A DNA stretch of 64,000 nucleotides from an uncultured bacterium (lineage in GTDB: Bacteria; Patescibacteriota; Patescibacteriia; UBA9570; XYC2-FULL-38-9): the NCBI GenBank assembly GCA_937996685.1, contig CALKUP010000016.1, positions 85,879 through 149,878 of the forward strand, written 5' to 3'. Below the pieces are notes generated by a model. It was not told the origin of the DNA. It saw nothing but the letters and a program-made list of their open reading frames with translations, and did no database searches. How positions within the stretch are numbered: the stretch's first letter is position 1; each line of letters starts with the position of its first letter. A program made the translations under genes and the position numbers. Positions 17,252-27,809 of this stretch are shown here, in pieces.

Positions 17252-19726
17252 ATGTTGTATTCCACTCAGCTCCTCAATCAATTTTTAGAAACACAGACTG
17301 GCTCTCTTGACCCAGAAGCTTTGATGCGTGATTTAACAACCGCGTCTGTTGAGTTAGAAGGTTTCGAGTCCGCGTTCCCGTTGCTCGCTGGCGCGCCCGG
17401 TGAAAAAATTGTACTTGCGCGCATCACCGCTGTGTCAAAACATCCAGACGCAGATCGTTTGAATATTTGCACTGTTTTTGATGGTCTTCGTGAATACCAG
17501 GTTGTGTGCGGTGGCAGTAATGTTGTGCCTGATATGTTGATTGCGTTTGCAATGGTCGGCGCAGAAGTGAAATGGCACGGAGAAGGTGATCCAATCGTTC
17601 TCACGCCGGCGAAAATTCGTGGCGTTGAATCAGAAGGAATGATTTGTGCGGCAGAAGAAATCGGCTTAGGTGCGCTCTATCCAGCGACAGATGAGCGAGC
17701 GGTGTTGGATTTGACAGACGCATTTCAAAATCCGTCGGTTGAAGAATGGCTTGGAAAACCGTTGTTGCATGTCCTTGGATTATCTGATCAATACGTGCTC
17801 GACATTGATAATAAGTCAATGACGCATCGGTCTGATTTATTTTCTCATGTCGGGATGGCGCAAGAAATTGCCGCGTGTTTGCCGAATGTTGTGACGCGTT
17901 TGAAGTCTCCGCTCTTGAAACGCATGAAGGAGGCGCCAGAAACAATCACAGTGACGATTGATGATCCAGCGCTCTGTTTACGATATATGGCCCTTGAGCT
18001 CGCTGTTGATGCAACAAAAGAAACGCCAGCATTTATTGTTGAGCGTTTGCGACAATGCGGAATCAAAAGTATTAACGTGATTGTTGATATTGGAAATTAC
18101 GTCATGATCGAATACGGTCAACCGATGCATGCCTTTGATGAACAAAAAATTCACAACAACACACTACATGTTCGTTTGGCGAAAACAGGCGAGTCGATTG
18201 AATTACTTGGTAAACAAACAAAACAATTAAGTACTGAGACATTGGTGATTGCAGATGACGAAAAAGTGCTCGCAGTGGCTGGTGTGATGGGTGGTGAGCA
18301 CAGTGGAATCACAACCAACACAAAACGTATTGTGCTTGAAGTCGCGACATTTGATGCAGTGACCGTGCGAAAAGGCGCGCAGCAGATTGGTGTGCGCACA
18401 GATAGTAGTTTGCGGTACGAAAAAGGATTGCCAGAAGAGTTGGTGACGCTCGGGAGTCAGCGCGCATTTGAATTGCTTGAAGATTTTGCTGATGCGCAGT
18501 TAATCGGGATGACCAGTGTGAATCACGCAACCGATGATAAGAAAGAAATTGTGATGTCATTGGAAATGATTACACGAACAACAGGCTTGCAATTATCTGC
18601 AAAAGAGGTGAAGGCATTGCTTGGACGATTACAATGCAAAGTTGTCACACCGCGTGTCTACGGCACTGAACTGCGGATTACACCGCCGTGGTTCCGTCGT
18701 GATTTGAATATCCCGGAAGATATCATCGAAGAAATTGTGCGTTTATATGGTATTCAAAATATCCCTGTTCAACCGATTATTGGTGAGGTCACAATTCCAC
18801 AATCTGAAGCTGAATATACTGCAGGCCGCCGAATAAAGGACGAGCTCACTGCGCTTGGTCTACAAGAAGTGTTGACCTATAGTTTTTATGGAACCGAGTT
18901 GATGAAAACTGTTGGATATGAACAAAATGGTGAGCATGTTGAAATCCAGAATCCGCTTTCCGAAGATTTGCGCTATTTGCGTGTGTCATTGATTCCACGA
19001 ATGCTCGAAGTCGTGAAGCGGAATGATTCAGCACCGCGTGTGGACATTTTTGAAGTTGGGCATGTGTATACACCAAGCAATGAAGCGCGGCAAATCGGTG
19101 TTGTTGTTCGAGATGTTGACGCAGTTCGGATTGTCCGAGGAATCGTTGAGTCTCTACTTGCACAAGAGTCTGTTCCGTTTGTCACTGAAAAAATTGCCGC
19201 AACTGTCGACTGTCCGTTTTGGAACCTCTATCAAGGAAAGCAAGCGTTGCGATATGCTGTCGACAATCCAAATAATGGAGATGTAGCTCCAGATGCAGTA
19301 CTCGGAACACTTGGGTCTGTGTCTCCAAAGGTCTTGCAACGAATGGGTATTTCCGGAACAGTTGCATTTGCAACGCTGTCTCTGCCGAATATGTTGAAAT
19401 ATGGCGCGCGGGAACAAAAGGGACTTGCCGCAATTTCACCATATCCAGCAGTTGATATTGATGTGTCGTTGTTGCTTGGAAATGATGTTGCCTGGGGTGA
19501 TGTTGAGCAGGTGATTCGATCACATGCTGGTGATCAATTAAAAAGTTTATCCGTGGTTGATGTGTATCGTGGTGAACGGGTCGATAGTGATAAAAAATCA
19601 GTGACCTGTCGCATTGTCTTGCAGTCTCAATCTGAAACTCTTGAAATGAAAACGATTGAGTTGTGGCGTGAAAGTTTGATGCGGGATTTGCATACTGAGT
19701 TTGGAGCTGTGCTCAGGGATAAATAA
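17252..19726 (+). CDS. pheT: phenylalanine--tRNA ligase beta subunit
   Basis: HPDADRL, RGVESEGMICA, EYGQPMHAFD, DIIEEIVRLYG, NPLSE...LR.SL, C-terminal FDX-ACB domain. Confidence 0.96.
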   Translation: MLYSTQLLNQFLETQTGSLDPEALMRDLTTASVELEGFESAFPLLAGAPGEKIVLARITAVSKHPDADRLNICTVFDGLREYQVVCGGSNVVPDMLIAFAMVGAEVKWHGEGDPIVLTPAKIRGVESEGMICAAEEIGLGALYPATDERAVLDLTDAFQNPSVEEWLGKPLLHVLGLSDQYVLDIDNKSMTHRSDLFSHVGMAQEIAACLPNVVTRLKSPLLKRMKEAPETITVTIDDPALCLRYMALELAVDATKETPAFIVERLRQCGIKSINVIVDIGNYVMIEYGQPMHAFDEQKIHNNTLHVRLAKTGESIELLGKQTKQLSTETLVIADDEKVLAVAGVMGGEHSGITTNTKRIVLEVATFDAVTVRKGAQQIGVRTDSSLRYEKGLPEELVTLGSQRAFELLEDFADAQLIGMTSVNHATDDKKEIVMSLEMITRTTGLQLSAKEVKALLGRLQCKVVTPRVYGTELRITPPWFRRDLNIPEDIIEEIVRLYGIQNIPVQPIIGEVTIPQSEAEYTAGRRIKDELTALGLQEVLTYSFYGTELMKTVGYEQNGEHVEIQNPLSEDLRYLRVSLIPRMLEVVKRNDSAPRVDIFEVGHVYTPSNEARQIGVVVRDVDAVRIVRGIVESLLAQESVPFVTEKIAATVDCPFWNLYQGKQALRYAVDNPNNGDVAPDAVLGTLGSVSPKVLQRMGISGTVAFATLSLPNMLKYGAREQKGLAAISPYPAVDIDVSLLLGNDVAWGDVEQVIRSHAGDQLKSLSVVDVYRGERVDSDKKSVTCRIVLQSQSETLEMKTIELWRESLMRDLHTEFGAVLRDK

Positions 19727-19736
19727 AAATTATATT

Positions 19737-20738
19737 ATGAATGTTTTAGAAAAAAAATCAGAAATAATTTCTTCTGAATCAATACAACATGAAGATTTAA
19801 AGTCTTTATTTTATATTACCACAGGAAAATTAGACACTAATATAAAAGCTTTTAAAGAAAAGATTATTATAGAAACGGGAGATCTTATCGAGCTTGATAA
19901 GCGTGTAAATGAAAAATTAAGTAATCATAATATTGTAACATCTATAGTGGCGGTTAATATTTTAATTGATAAAAATCAATTGATCCAATATGGTACGTGG
20001 GATGAATTTCAAAAGTTTGATGGAAATAGGTTTTCTGAAAAAGTCAAAGAAATTACCATGACTTGGGATTTTTTGGTAAAATTACCAAATTTTATAAAAC
20101 CCCAAAGACATTCTATGGCAGTAAAAATAACATCGGAAACAAATTTTGCAGCATTATTTCCTACTTTAGTATCTGGTAATTTTAGTGATATTGATGAAGC
20201 TGAAATGATGATGGCACCGGTTGTCTGTCAGGTCAATTTTATAAACCACTTATTAAGTGATGAGTTAATAAATATTGTACAAAAATGGGTTACCACAAGA
20301 GAGGTTTCTCCGGAAGTTACAAAATTTATTACTTTTTGTAAAAAGTATAAACGAATAATTGCAAAAACAATACACTACACCTTGCCTTTGCTCTTCGCTT
20401 TGTCTGCTTATGTGTACTTAGATATTTATAAAAATAAACTTTCTGTTGAATTAAATAATGATGTTTTTTTCAATGTTATTATTTGGTTTTTTTTGTCTTT
20501 AGTTGGCATTTTTGTTTTTTATAAAATAGGCCATCAAATCGCTATTATTTCCTATAATGCTCTCCATGATTATGGTGAGCATGCTATTTTTAATCTTACT
20601 CAAGGCGATAAGCGTAAACAAAAAGAAATTAAAAACAAAAATAAAAAAGAATTCAGAAAGTTTCTTTTTAGTACTGCGACTTCTGTTATTATTGATGTGT
20701 TAGTTCCTGTTTTTTCTTACTTCATATTAAAAAAATAA
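19737..20738 (+). CDS. AT-rich hypothetical protein with C-terminal TM helices (probably horizontally acquired)
   Basis: abrupt shift to A/T-rich codons relative to pheT and gyrB; 2-3 hydrophobic segments in the C-terminal third; ATG 19737 just after the pheT stop. Confidence 0.8.
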   Translation: MNVLEKKSEIISSESIQHEDLKSLFYITTGKLDTNIKAFKEKIIIETGDLIELDKRVNEKLSNHNIVTSIVAVNILIDKNQLIQYGTWDEFQKFDGNRFSEKVKEITMTWDFLVKLPNFIKPQRHSMAVKITSETNFAALFPTLVSGNFSDIDEAEMMMAPVVCQVNFINHLLSDELINIVQKWVTTREVSPEVTKFITFCKKYKRIIAKTIHYTLPLLFALSAYVYLDIYKNKLSVELNNDVFFNVIIWFFLSLVGIFVFYKIGHQIAIISYNALHDYGEHAIFNLTQGDKRKQKEIKNKNKKEFRKFLFSTATSVIIDVLVPVFSYFILKK

Positions 20739-20845
20739 TATAGTATATAAATACACACACATTTGTATTTTTTAATAAGCGACAGTCGAACCTTTCCCGA
20801 GACACTTCCCCGCAAGCGACTGAAGGAATAAGAAATGCGTTTTCT

Positions 20846-20873
20846 TTGCGATATGCGCCATTTATGCTATAAT
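20846..20873 (+). promoter_or_regulatory. gyrB promoter
   Basis: TTGCGA (20846-51), 16 nt, TG.TATAAT (20865-73). Confidence 0.65.
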
Positions 20874-20905
20874 TTCAGCATATCTGACTAGCAAATTTTT
20901 AGTGA

Positions 20906-22972
<2,067 letters not shown>

Positions 22973-22984
22973 TCACAGTATTCT

Positions 22985-23548
22985 ATGGAGGAAGTCATGG
23001 GTGCGTTACAATTCATGCTGAAACTGTGCTGGCTCTATCTGCCGGTTGCGGTGTCGAATATGGCGCCGGTGTTGTGTAAAAACCAGCTGCAGTTTTTAGC
23101 CGTGCCCGTTGACGGTGGCCGTGTGTTTCACGGCAAAGCATTGTTTGGTGATCACAAAACCTGGCGCGGTATCGTTGTTGCAACGCTTACCGGCGGGCTC
23201 GTGTTCGCGCTCCAAGTGTGGCTCACGCGACAATTTCCGTCTGTCTCGCAGTGGTCATTTTTCGATATTTCGCAGGCCCCACTATGGTTCGGTTTTGCAT
23301 TCGGGTTTGCGGCAATTTTTGGCGATCTTGTGAAGTCGTTTTTTAAACGTCGTGTCGATATCGCGCCGGGAGACACCTGGTTTCCGTTTGATCAAGTGGA
23401 TCTTGTTGTCTTTTCGACACTGGTTGCAGCTCTTGTGTTTCCGCTTACTTGGCAGATTGTTGCGGCGGCATTTTTCACTGGAATTGTCTTGCATGTTGTT
23501 GTGAATCGCATCGGTTTTTGGCTCCATATTAAGGACACTCCTTGGTAA
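22985..23548 (+). CDS. carS: CDP-archaeol synthase (CarS/DUF46) family membrane cytidylyltransferase
   Basis: SNMAPVL, PVDGG....LFGDHKTWRG, GDLVKSFFKRR, DQVD; about 5 TM segments. Confidence 0.85.
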   Translation: MEEVMGALQFMLKLCWLYLPVAVSNMAPVLCKNQLQFLAVPVDGGRVFHGKALFGDHKTWRGIVVATLTGGLVFALQVWLTRQFPSVSQWSFFDISQAPLWFGFAFGFAAIFGDLVKSFFKRRVDIAPGDTWFPFDQVDLVVFSTLVAALVFPLTWQIVAAAFFTGIVLHVVVNRIGFWLHIKDTPW

Positions 23549-23568
23549 AAAGGGGTCTGCTGCCATAT

Positions 23569-23597
23569 TTGACAGTTTTTCAAAAAAACCGTATAGT
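23569..23597 (+). promoter_or_regulatory. sigma70 promoter of secE-nusG-rplK-rplA
   Basis: TTGACA (23569-74), 17 nt, TATAGT (23592-97). Confidence 0.75.
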
Positions 23598-23641
23598 TCG
23601 TACTGAACGGCCACGAAAGGCTGTTTTAAAATCCAAAAATT

Positions 23642-23833
23642 ATGGCCCGAGCCAAAAATCCAATTATCCGGTATTTTCGTGGAGCTTTTCAAGAGCTTTC
23701 CAATGTTCGTTGGCCAAGTCGTGCCGAAGCCTGGCAAAAAGCCTGGATCGTCGTCGCTTTTAGCCTCGTATTTGGAATCTTCTTAGGAGGACTCGATTAT
23801 CTATTTAATCAATTAGTACAAGCCCTCATTTAA
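23642..23833 (+). CDS. secE: preprotein translocase subunit SecE
   Basis: ELSNVRWPS, single TM, LD motif, directly upstream of nusG. Confidence 0.93.
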   Translation: MARAKNPIIRYFRGAFQELSNVRWPSRAEAWQKAWIVVAFSLVFGIFLGGLDYLFNQLVQALI

Positions 23834-23838
23834 CGCGT

Positions 23839-24381
23839 ATGGCAAAACAAACTGCTGAACACGGCAAACGCTGGTATGTGATCCATACATATTCTGGCTA
23901 TGAGGAGAACGTTGCGCACAACTTGAAGCAGCGTATCGAATCGCTTGGAATGGAAGACAGAATTTTTGATGTCCTCGTTCCAAAAGAAAAGAAAATGAAA
24001 ATCCGTAACGGCAAACGTCGTGTTGTCGAGGAAAAGATTTTCCCTGGCTATGTGATTGTAAACATGATCGTGACTGATGACTCATGGTACGTGGTGCGTA
24101 ACACGCCAAACGTAACAGGTTTTGTCGGAACAGGAACAACTCCAACTCCACTCGATGAAAAAGAAGTGAAAAATCTTCAACGTCGCATGGGTCTTGATGA
24201 GCCAACATACACAATTGATATTCAATTGGGCGAAACAGTTCGCATTATCGATGGTCCATTCAAAGATATGGAAGGAAAAGTTTCAGAACTTCTGGAACGC
24301 GGCAAACTCAAAGTCATGGTATCGATGTTTGGTCGTGAAACGCCGATTGAACTCGACGCATTACAAGTCAATAAACTTTAA
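23839..24381 (+). CDS. nusG: transcription termination/antitermination factor NusG
   Basis: WYVIHTYSGYE, FPGYV, VRNTPNVTGFVG, KOW GPF, MFGRETP. Confidence 0.97.
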   Translation: MAKQTAEHGKRWYVIHTYSGYEENVAHNLKQRIESLGMEDRIFDVLVPKEKKMKIRNGKRRVVEEKIFPGYVIVNMIVTDDSWYVVRNTPNVTGFVGTGTTPTPLDEKEVKNLQRRMGLDEPTYTIDIQLGETVRIIDGPFKDMEGKVSELLERGKLKVMVSMFGRETPIELDALQVNKL

Positions 24382-24396
24382 TTTCAAGAAACTCGT

Positions 24397-24819
24397 ATGG
24401 CGAAAGCAATTCTAACGCAAGTCAAACTTCAGATCCCAGGTGGATCTGCAAATCCAGCTCCTCCAGTTGGTACAGTGCTTGGTCCCCAAGGGATCGCAAT
24501 TCAAGATTTCTGTCAGCAATTTAACGACAGAACAAAAGAACAACGTGGTGAAATTTTGCCAGTTGTTGTAACAATTTATGATGATCGTTCATTCGATTTC
24601 ATCATCAAAACTCCACCAGCTGCTGAATTATTAAAGAAAGCAGCAAAGATCCAAAAAGGTTCTGGTAGTCCATTGGCTCAAAAAATCGGTTCAATCACAA
24701 AAGATCAAATCCGCGAAATCGCAGAAATGAAAATGGTTGATTTGAACACAGATGATATTGACGCAGCGATGAACACTATCGAAGGAACTGCTCGTCAAAT
24801 GGGCCTAGAGGTTAAATAA
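24397..24819 (+). CDS. rplK: 50S ribosomal protein L11
   Basis: [33 protein letters not shown]. Confidence 0.97.
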   Translation: MAKAILTQVKLQIPGGSANPAPPVGTVLGPQGIAIQDFCQQFNDRTKEQRGEILPVVVTIYDDRSFDFIIKTPPAAELLKKAAKIQKGSGSPLAQKIGSITKDQIREIAEMKMVDLNTDDIDAAMNTIEGTARQMGLEVK

Positions 24820-24837
24820 GAAGAGAATTAATAAATT

Positions 24838-24879
24838 GTGGGAGAGTGAATACTTATCACTCGCCAATAACCAAACCAC
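24838..24879 (+). promoter_or_regulatory. putative ribosomal protein L1 autogenous binding site (L1 leader RNA)
   Basis: GTGGGA-GAGTGA-loop-TCACTC...AACCAC immediately before the rplA ATG, resembling the GGGAG..AAACC L1-site architecture. Confidence 0.6.
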
Positions 24880-24880
24880 T

Positions 24881-25564
24881 ATGAAAAAACATTCAAAACG
24901 ATACAAAGCGCTTGCAGATAAAATCGAAGCGACAAAAGTCTATTCTTTAGAAGAAGCGGTTGCGTTAATCAAAGAAGCTCCAGTGAAATTTGATGCTGGT
25001 GTTGAAATGCATTTGCGTCTTGGAATCGATCCAAAGAAATCAGATCAATTAGTGCGTTCAACAGTTGTGTTGCCACACGGAACCGGAAAAACAAAACGCG
25101 TTGCAGCGTTTGTTGGTCCAGACAAAGAAGCGGAAGCAAAAGCAGCTGGTGCTGATGTAATTGGTTCAGATGACTTGATTGCTGAAATTAAAGCGACTGG
25201 AAAATGTGATTTTGACATTGCAATCGCAACACCGGATATGATGAAAAAATTAGGGCCAATTGCAAAAACATTGGGTCAACAAGGATTGATGCCAAACCCA
25301 AAAACAGAAACAGTTGGAACTGATGTTACAAAAATGATTGGTGAATTGAAAGGCGGTAAAACAGCATTCCGTAGTGACGACGGTGCAAACGTGCACATGC
25401 TCGTTGGACGTGTTTCATTCTCTGCTGAGCAATTAGTTGAAAACATGCGTGCGTTTATTGACGTCGTGCGTCGTGCGAAACCATCTGACTCAAAAGGACA
25501 ATATTTCCTTGGCGGTTCAGTTGCGTCAAGTATGGGACCTGGAATTTCTGTTTCAGTAGAGTAA
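24881..25564 (+). CDS. rplA: 50S ribosomal protein L1
   Basis: KFDAGVEMHLRLGIDP, LPHGTGK, LGQQGLMPNPK, SSMGPG; true start MKKHSKRY at 24881. Confidence 0.97.
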   Translation: MKKHSKRYKALADKIEATKVYSLEEAVALIKEAPVKFDAGVEMHLRLGIDPKKSDQLVRSTVVLPHGTGKTKRVAAFVGPDKEAEAKAAGADVIGSDDLIAEIKATGKCDFDIAIATPDMMKKLGPIAKTLGQQGLMPNPKTETVGTDVTKMIGELKGGKTAFRSDDGANVHMLVGRVSFSAEQLVENMRAFIDVVRRAKPSDSKGQYFLGGSVASSMGPGISVSVE

Positions 25565-25585
25565 GACTCTTCCCAAAAAAGCTCT

Positions 25586-25613
25586 AAAACCGGTTGTAAA
25601 GACCGGTTTTTTT
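25586..25613 (+). terminator. intrinsic terminator after rplA
   Basis: AAAACCGGTT-GTAAA-GACCGGTTTT followed by a T run. Confidence 0.8.
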
Positions 25614-25630
25614 GTGTATGATATTGGCAT

Positions 25631-26173
25631 ATGAGCACACCCGAAACCCCTTCTTCAAAACCCGTTCGTCCTTCTTGGGATGATTATTTTATGGCCATGT
25701 GTCGTATTGTTGCGACTCGTTCAACCTGTGACCGCTTGCATACCGGCGCTGTTCTTGTGAAAGATAGTCGGATTATTTCAACTGGCTACAACGGATCTCC
25801 CCAAGGTTTGCCGCATTGTGATGATGTTGGTCATTTAATGGAAGAAGGGCATTGCGTGCGAACAGTACATGGAGAGCACAACGCGTTGCTTCAAGCTGCG
25901 GTGATGGGCAGTGCATCAACCAAGGGTTCAACGATGTACACGCTCTACACGCCATGCATTCATTGCGCGAAATATATTGTAACTGCTGGAATTACACGTG
26001 TGGTGTATGCGCAAGTGTATCGCAACTCAACAGTGCTCGAGTATTTCAAAGCAGCAGGCGTTGAAACAGAAGAATACAAACCAACTGATCAGTGGAATGA
26101 AGAAGTGGTTGCGCTGTTTCAAGACGCTGTTGAAGCCAAGCATGCTCCTGAAATTACATTATCCGTAGAATAA
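25631..26173 (+). CDS. dCMP deaminase (ComEB family)
   Basis: RPSWDDYFM, RSTC.R..GA, TGYNG, HGEHNA, PCIHC. Confidence 0.9.
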   Translation: MSTPETPSSKPVRPSWDDYFMAMCRIVATRSTCDRLHTGAVLVKDSRIISTGYNGSPQGLPHCDDVGHLMEEGHCVRTVHGEHNALLQAAVMGSASTKGSTMYTLYTPCIHCAKYIVTAGITRVVYAQVYRNSTVLEYFKAAGVETEEYKPTDQWNEEVVALFQDAVEAKHAPEITLSVE

Positions 26174-26181
26174 TTTATTGT

Positions 26182-26730
26182 ATGATTATCGGTCTGACTG
26201 GTCCAAAATTATCTGGCAAAGGCACAGCCTCTGAATATGTGCAAAAACAATTTGGTGCGGTGGCGTTTTCGATGTCTGGGATTTTAACAGATATTGTGAA
26301 TCGTTTGTATGTGCCAAATTCACGCGAAAATTTAATTGCCATTGTAACTGATTTGCGCGCGCGGTTTGGTGAAGACGTTCTTGCGCAAGTTTTGAAAAAA
26401 GATATTGAAGCATTTATTGCGAAACATCCAGACACGCCGATTGTGATTGATGGCATTCGGATGCCGATGGAAGTGGAGGTGTTTTCGCAGTTGCCAGATT
26501 TTCATTTAGTATTTATTGATGCGCCAGAGCGCGTGCGTTATGAACGTGCGTTAACGCGTGGTGAAAAGGTGGGTGAGTCCGATCAAACCTTTGAGCAGTT
26601 TCAGGCCGAGGAACAAGCAGTCACAGAATCGCATATGGAAACATTACGGACCTTGAGCAAAACAGCGGTGATTAACGCTGACTCACTAGAGCATTTGCAT
26701 GCAGAGATTGATTCAATAATGAAGCAATAG
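26182..26730 (+). CDS. P-loop nucleotide kinase (AAA_17/dNMP kinase/dephospho-CoA kinase-like)
   Basis: IIGLTGPKLSGKGT, IVIDGIR..E, R..R...RG lid motif. Confidence 0.8.
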   Translation: MIIGLTGPKLSGKGTASEYVQKQFGAVAFSMSGILTDIVNRLYVPNSRENLIAIVTDLRARFGEDVLAQVLKKDIEAFIAKHPDTPIVIDGIRMPMEVEVFSQLPDFHLVFIDAPERVRYERALTRGEKVGESDQTFEQFQAEEQAVTESHMETLRTLSKTAVINADSLEHLHAEIDSIMKQ

Positions 26731-26732
26731 CT

Positions 26733-27365
26733 ATGAAAAAAGGGGTATTTATTGTATTTGAAGGAGGTGAAGGGAGCGGAAAGACCAGTCACTCAAAAGC
26801 CGTTGCTGCCCGATTGCGAGAAGCGGGGCATGATGTGCTGCATACCGCAGAGCCGGGCGGTTCAGAAGTGTGTATGAAAATCCGTCGCTTGATTTTAGAT
26901 GAACAACCAGAGCCAATCGGTTCACGCGCAGAGTTGCTGCTATTTTTGGCAGATCGAGCGCATCATGTTGAACATGTGATTCGGCCAGCGCTCGCAGCTG
27001 GAAAAATTGTGATTTGTGATCGGTTTTCTGGTTCGACCTTTGCTTATCAAATTGGTGGACGTGAGTTGCCTGATCCGGATTCCATTATCGCAATGGATGC
27101 ATATGCGCGAGGTGGATTGATTCCAGACGCTGTCTTGTATTTAGATGTTTCGGTTGAAACAGGAATTGCACGCCGCATGTCCGACACGACTGCTGAAGTG
27201 AACCGACTTGATAATGAAAAGTTTGATTTTCATAATCGTGTTCGAGACTATTTTTTGAAATTGTCAGCTGAACAATCGTATTGGCAGTGTATTTCAACGG
27301 AAGGCGAGCGCGCTGAAAATGAAGAGAAAATTTTTGCGAGTGTACAGAAGTTGCTTGATTTATGA
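26733..27365 (+). CDS. tmk: thymidylate kinase
   Basis: FIVFEGGEGSGKT, EPGG, LLFLADRA.H, CDRFSGSTFAYQ. Confidence 0.95.
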   Translation: MKKGVFIVFEGGEGSGKTSHSKAVAARLREAGHDVLHTAEPGGSEVCMKIRRLILDEQPEPIGSRAELLLFLADRAHHVEHVIRPALAAGKIVICDRFSGSTFAYQIGGRELPDPDSIIAMDAYARGGLIPDAVLYLDVSVETGIARRMSDTTAEVNRLDNEKFDFHNRVRDYFLKLSAEQSYWQCISTEGERAENEEKIFASVQKLLDL

Positions 27366-27805
27366 TAGATACTATTCGCGTTCAAAAACGAGACCCTGGG
27401 GCAATTATTCCGGAGCGTGCGCACCCGACAGATGCTGGCGCTGATTTGTTTTCAATTGAAACTGTCGTTCTGGTTCCTGGCGAGCGTCGCGCAATCAAGA
27501 CAGGTATTGCACTCGCGATTCCTGATGGTTACGTTGGTCTTGTCTGGGATAAGTCTGGGCGAGCAGTCAAAGAAGGATTAACAACACTCGCTGGAGTGAT
27601 TGATTCCGCGTATCGAGGGGAACTTCAAGTGGTTTTATTGAATGTTTCGGATGACTCTGTTACTGTGCAAGCAGGTGAAAAAATCGCCCAACTCCTGATT
27701 CAAAAAATTGAGACACCAACAATCACTGTCGTAGAATCTTTAGAAGAAACGCATCGCGGAGAAGGTGGTTTCGGCAGTACAGGACTTACGCAATTATCTG
27801 AATAA
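27362..27805 (+). CDS. dut: trimeric dUTPase
   Basis: DAGADL, KSG, GVIDSAYRGE, KIAQL, RGEGGFGSTG. Confidence 0.95.
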   Translation: MIDTIRVQKRDPGAIIPERAHPTDAGADLFSIETVVLVPGERRAIKTGIALAIPDGYVGLVWDKSGRAVKEGLTTLAGVIDSAYRGELQVVLLNVSDDSVTVQAGEKIAQLLIQKIETPTITVVESLEETHRGEGGFGSTGLTQLSE

Positions 27806-27809
27806 CGTT

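Noticed and set aside
20783-20822. CAGTCG...CGACTG short inverted repeat at the right edge of the AT-rich insert
   Set aside because: Only 6 bp of clear pairing and no target-site duplication seen; not enough to call an element end or att site
23598-23641. Possible tRNA or rpmG upstream of secE; small AACGGCC/GGCTGTT hairpin
   Set aside because: Too short for a tRNA, no cloverleaf or TTC arm; at most a 5' leader hairpin
27362-27365. Possible UGA recoding (genetic code 25) given the CPR-like features
   Set aside because: TGA ends tmk, the WsaE-like gene and wzt at expected lengths in ATGA overlaps; long ORFs are intact under code 11
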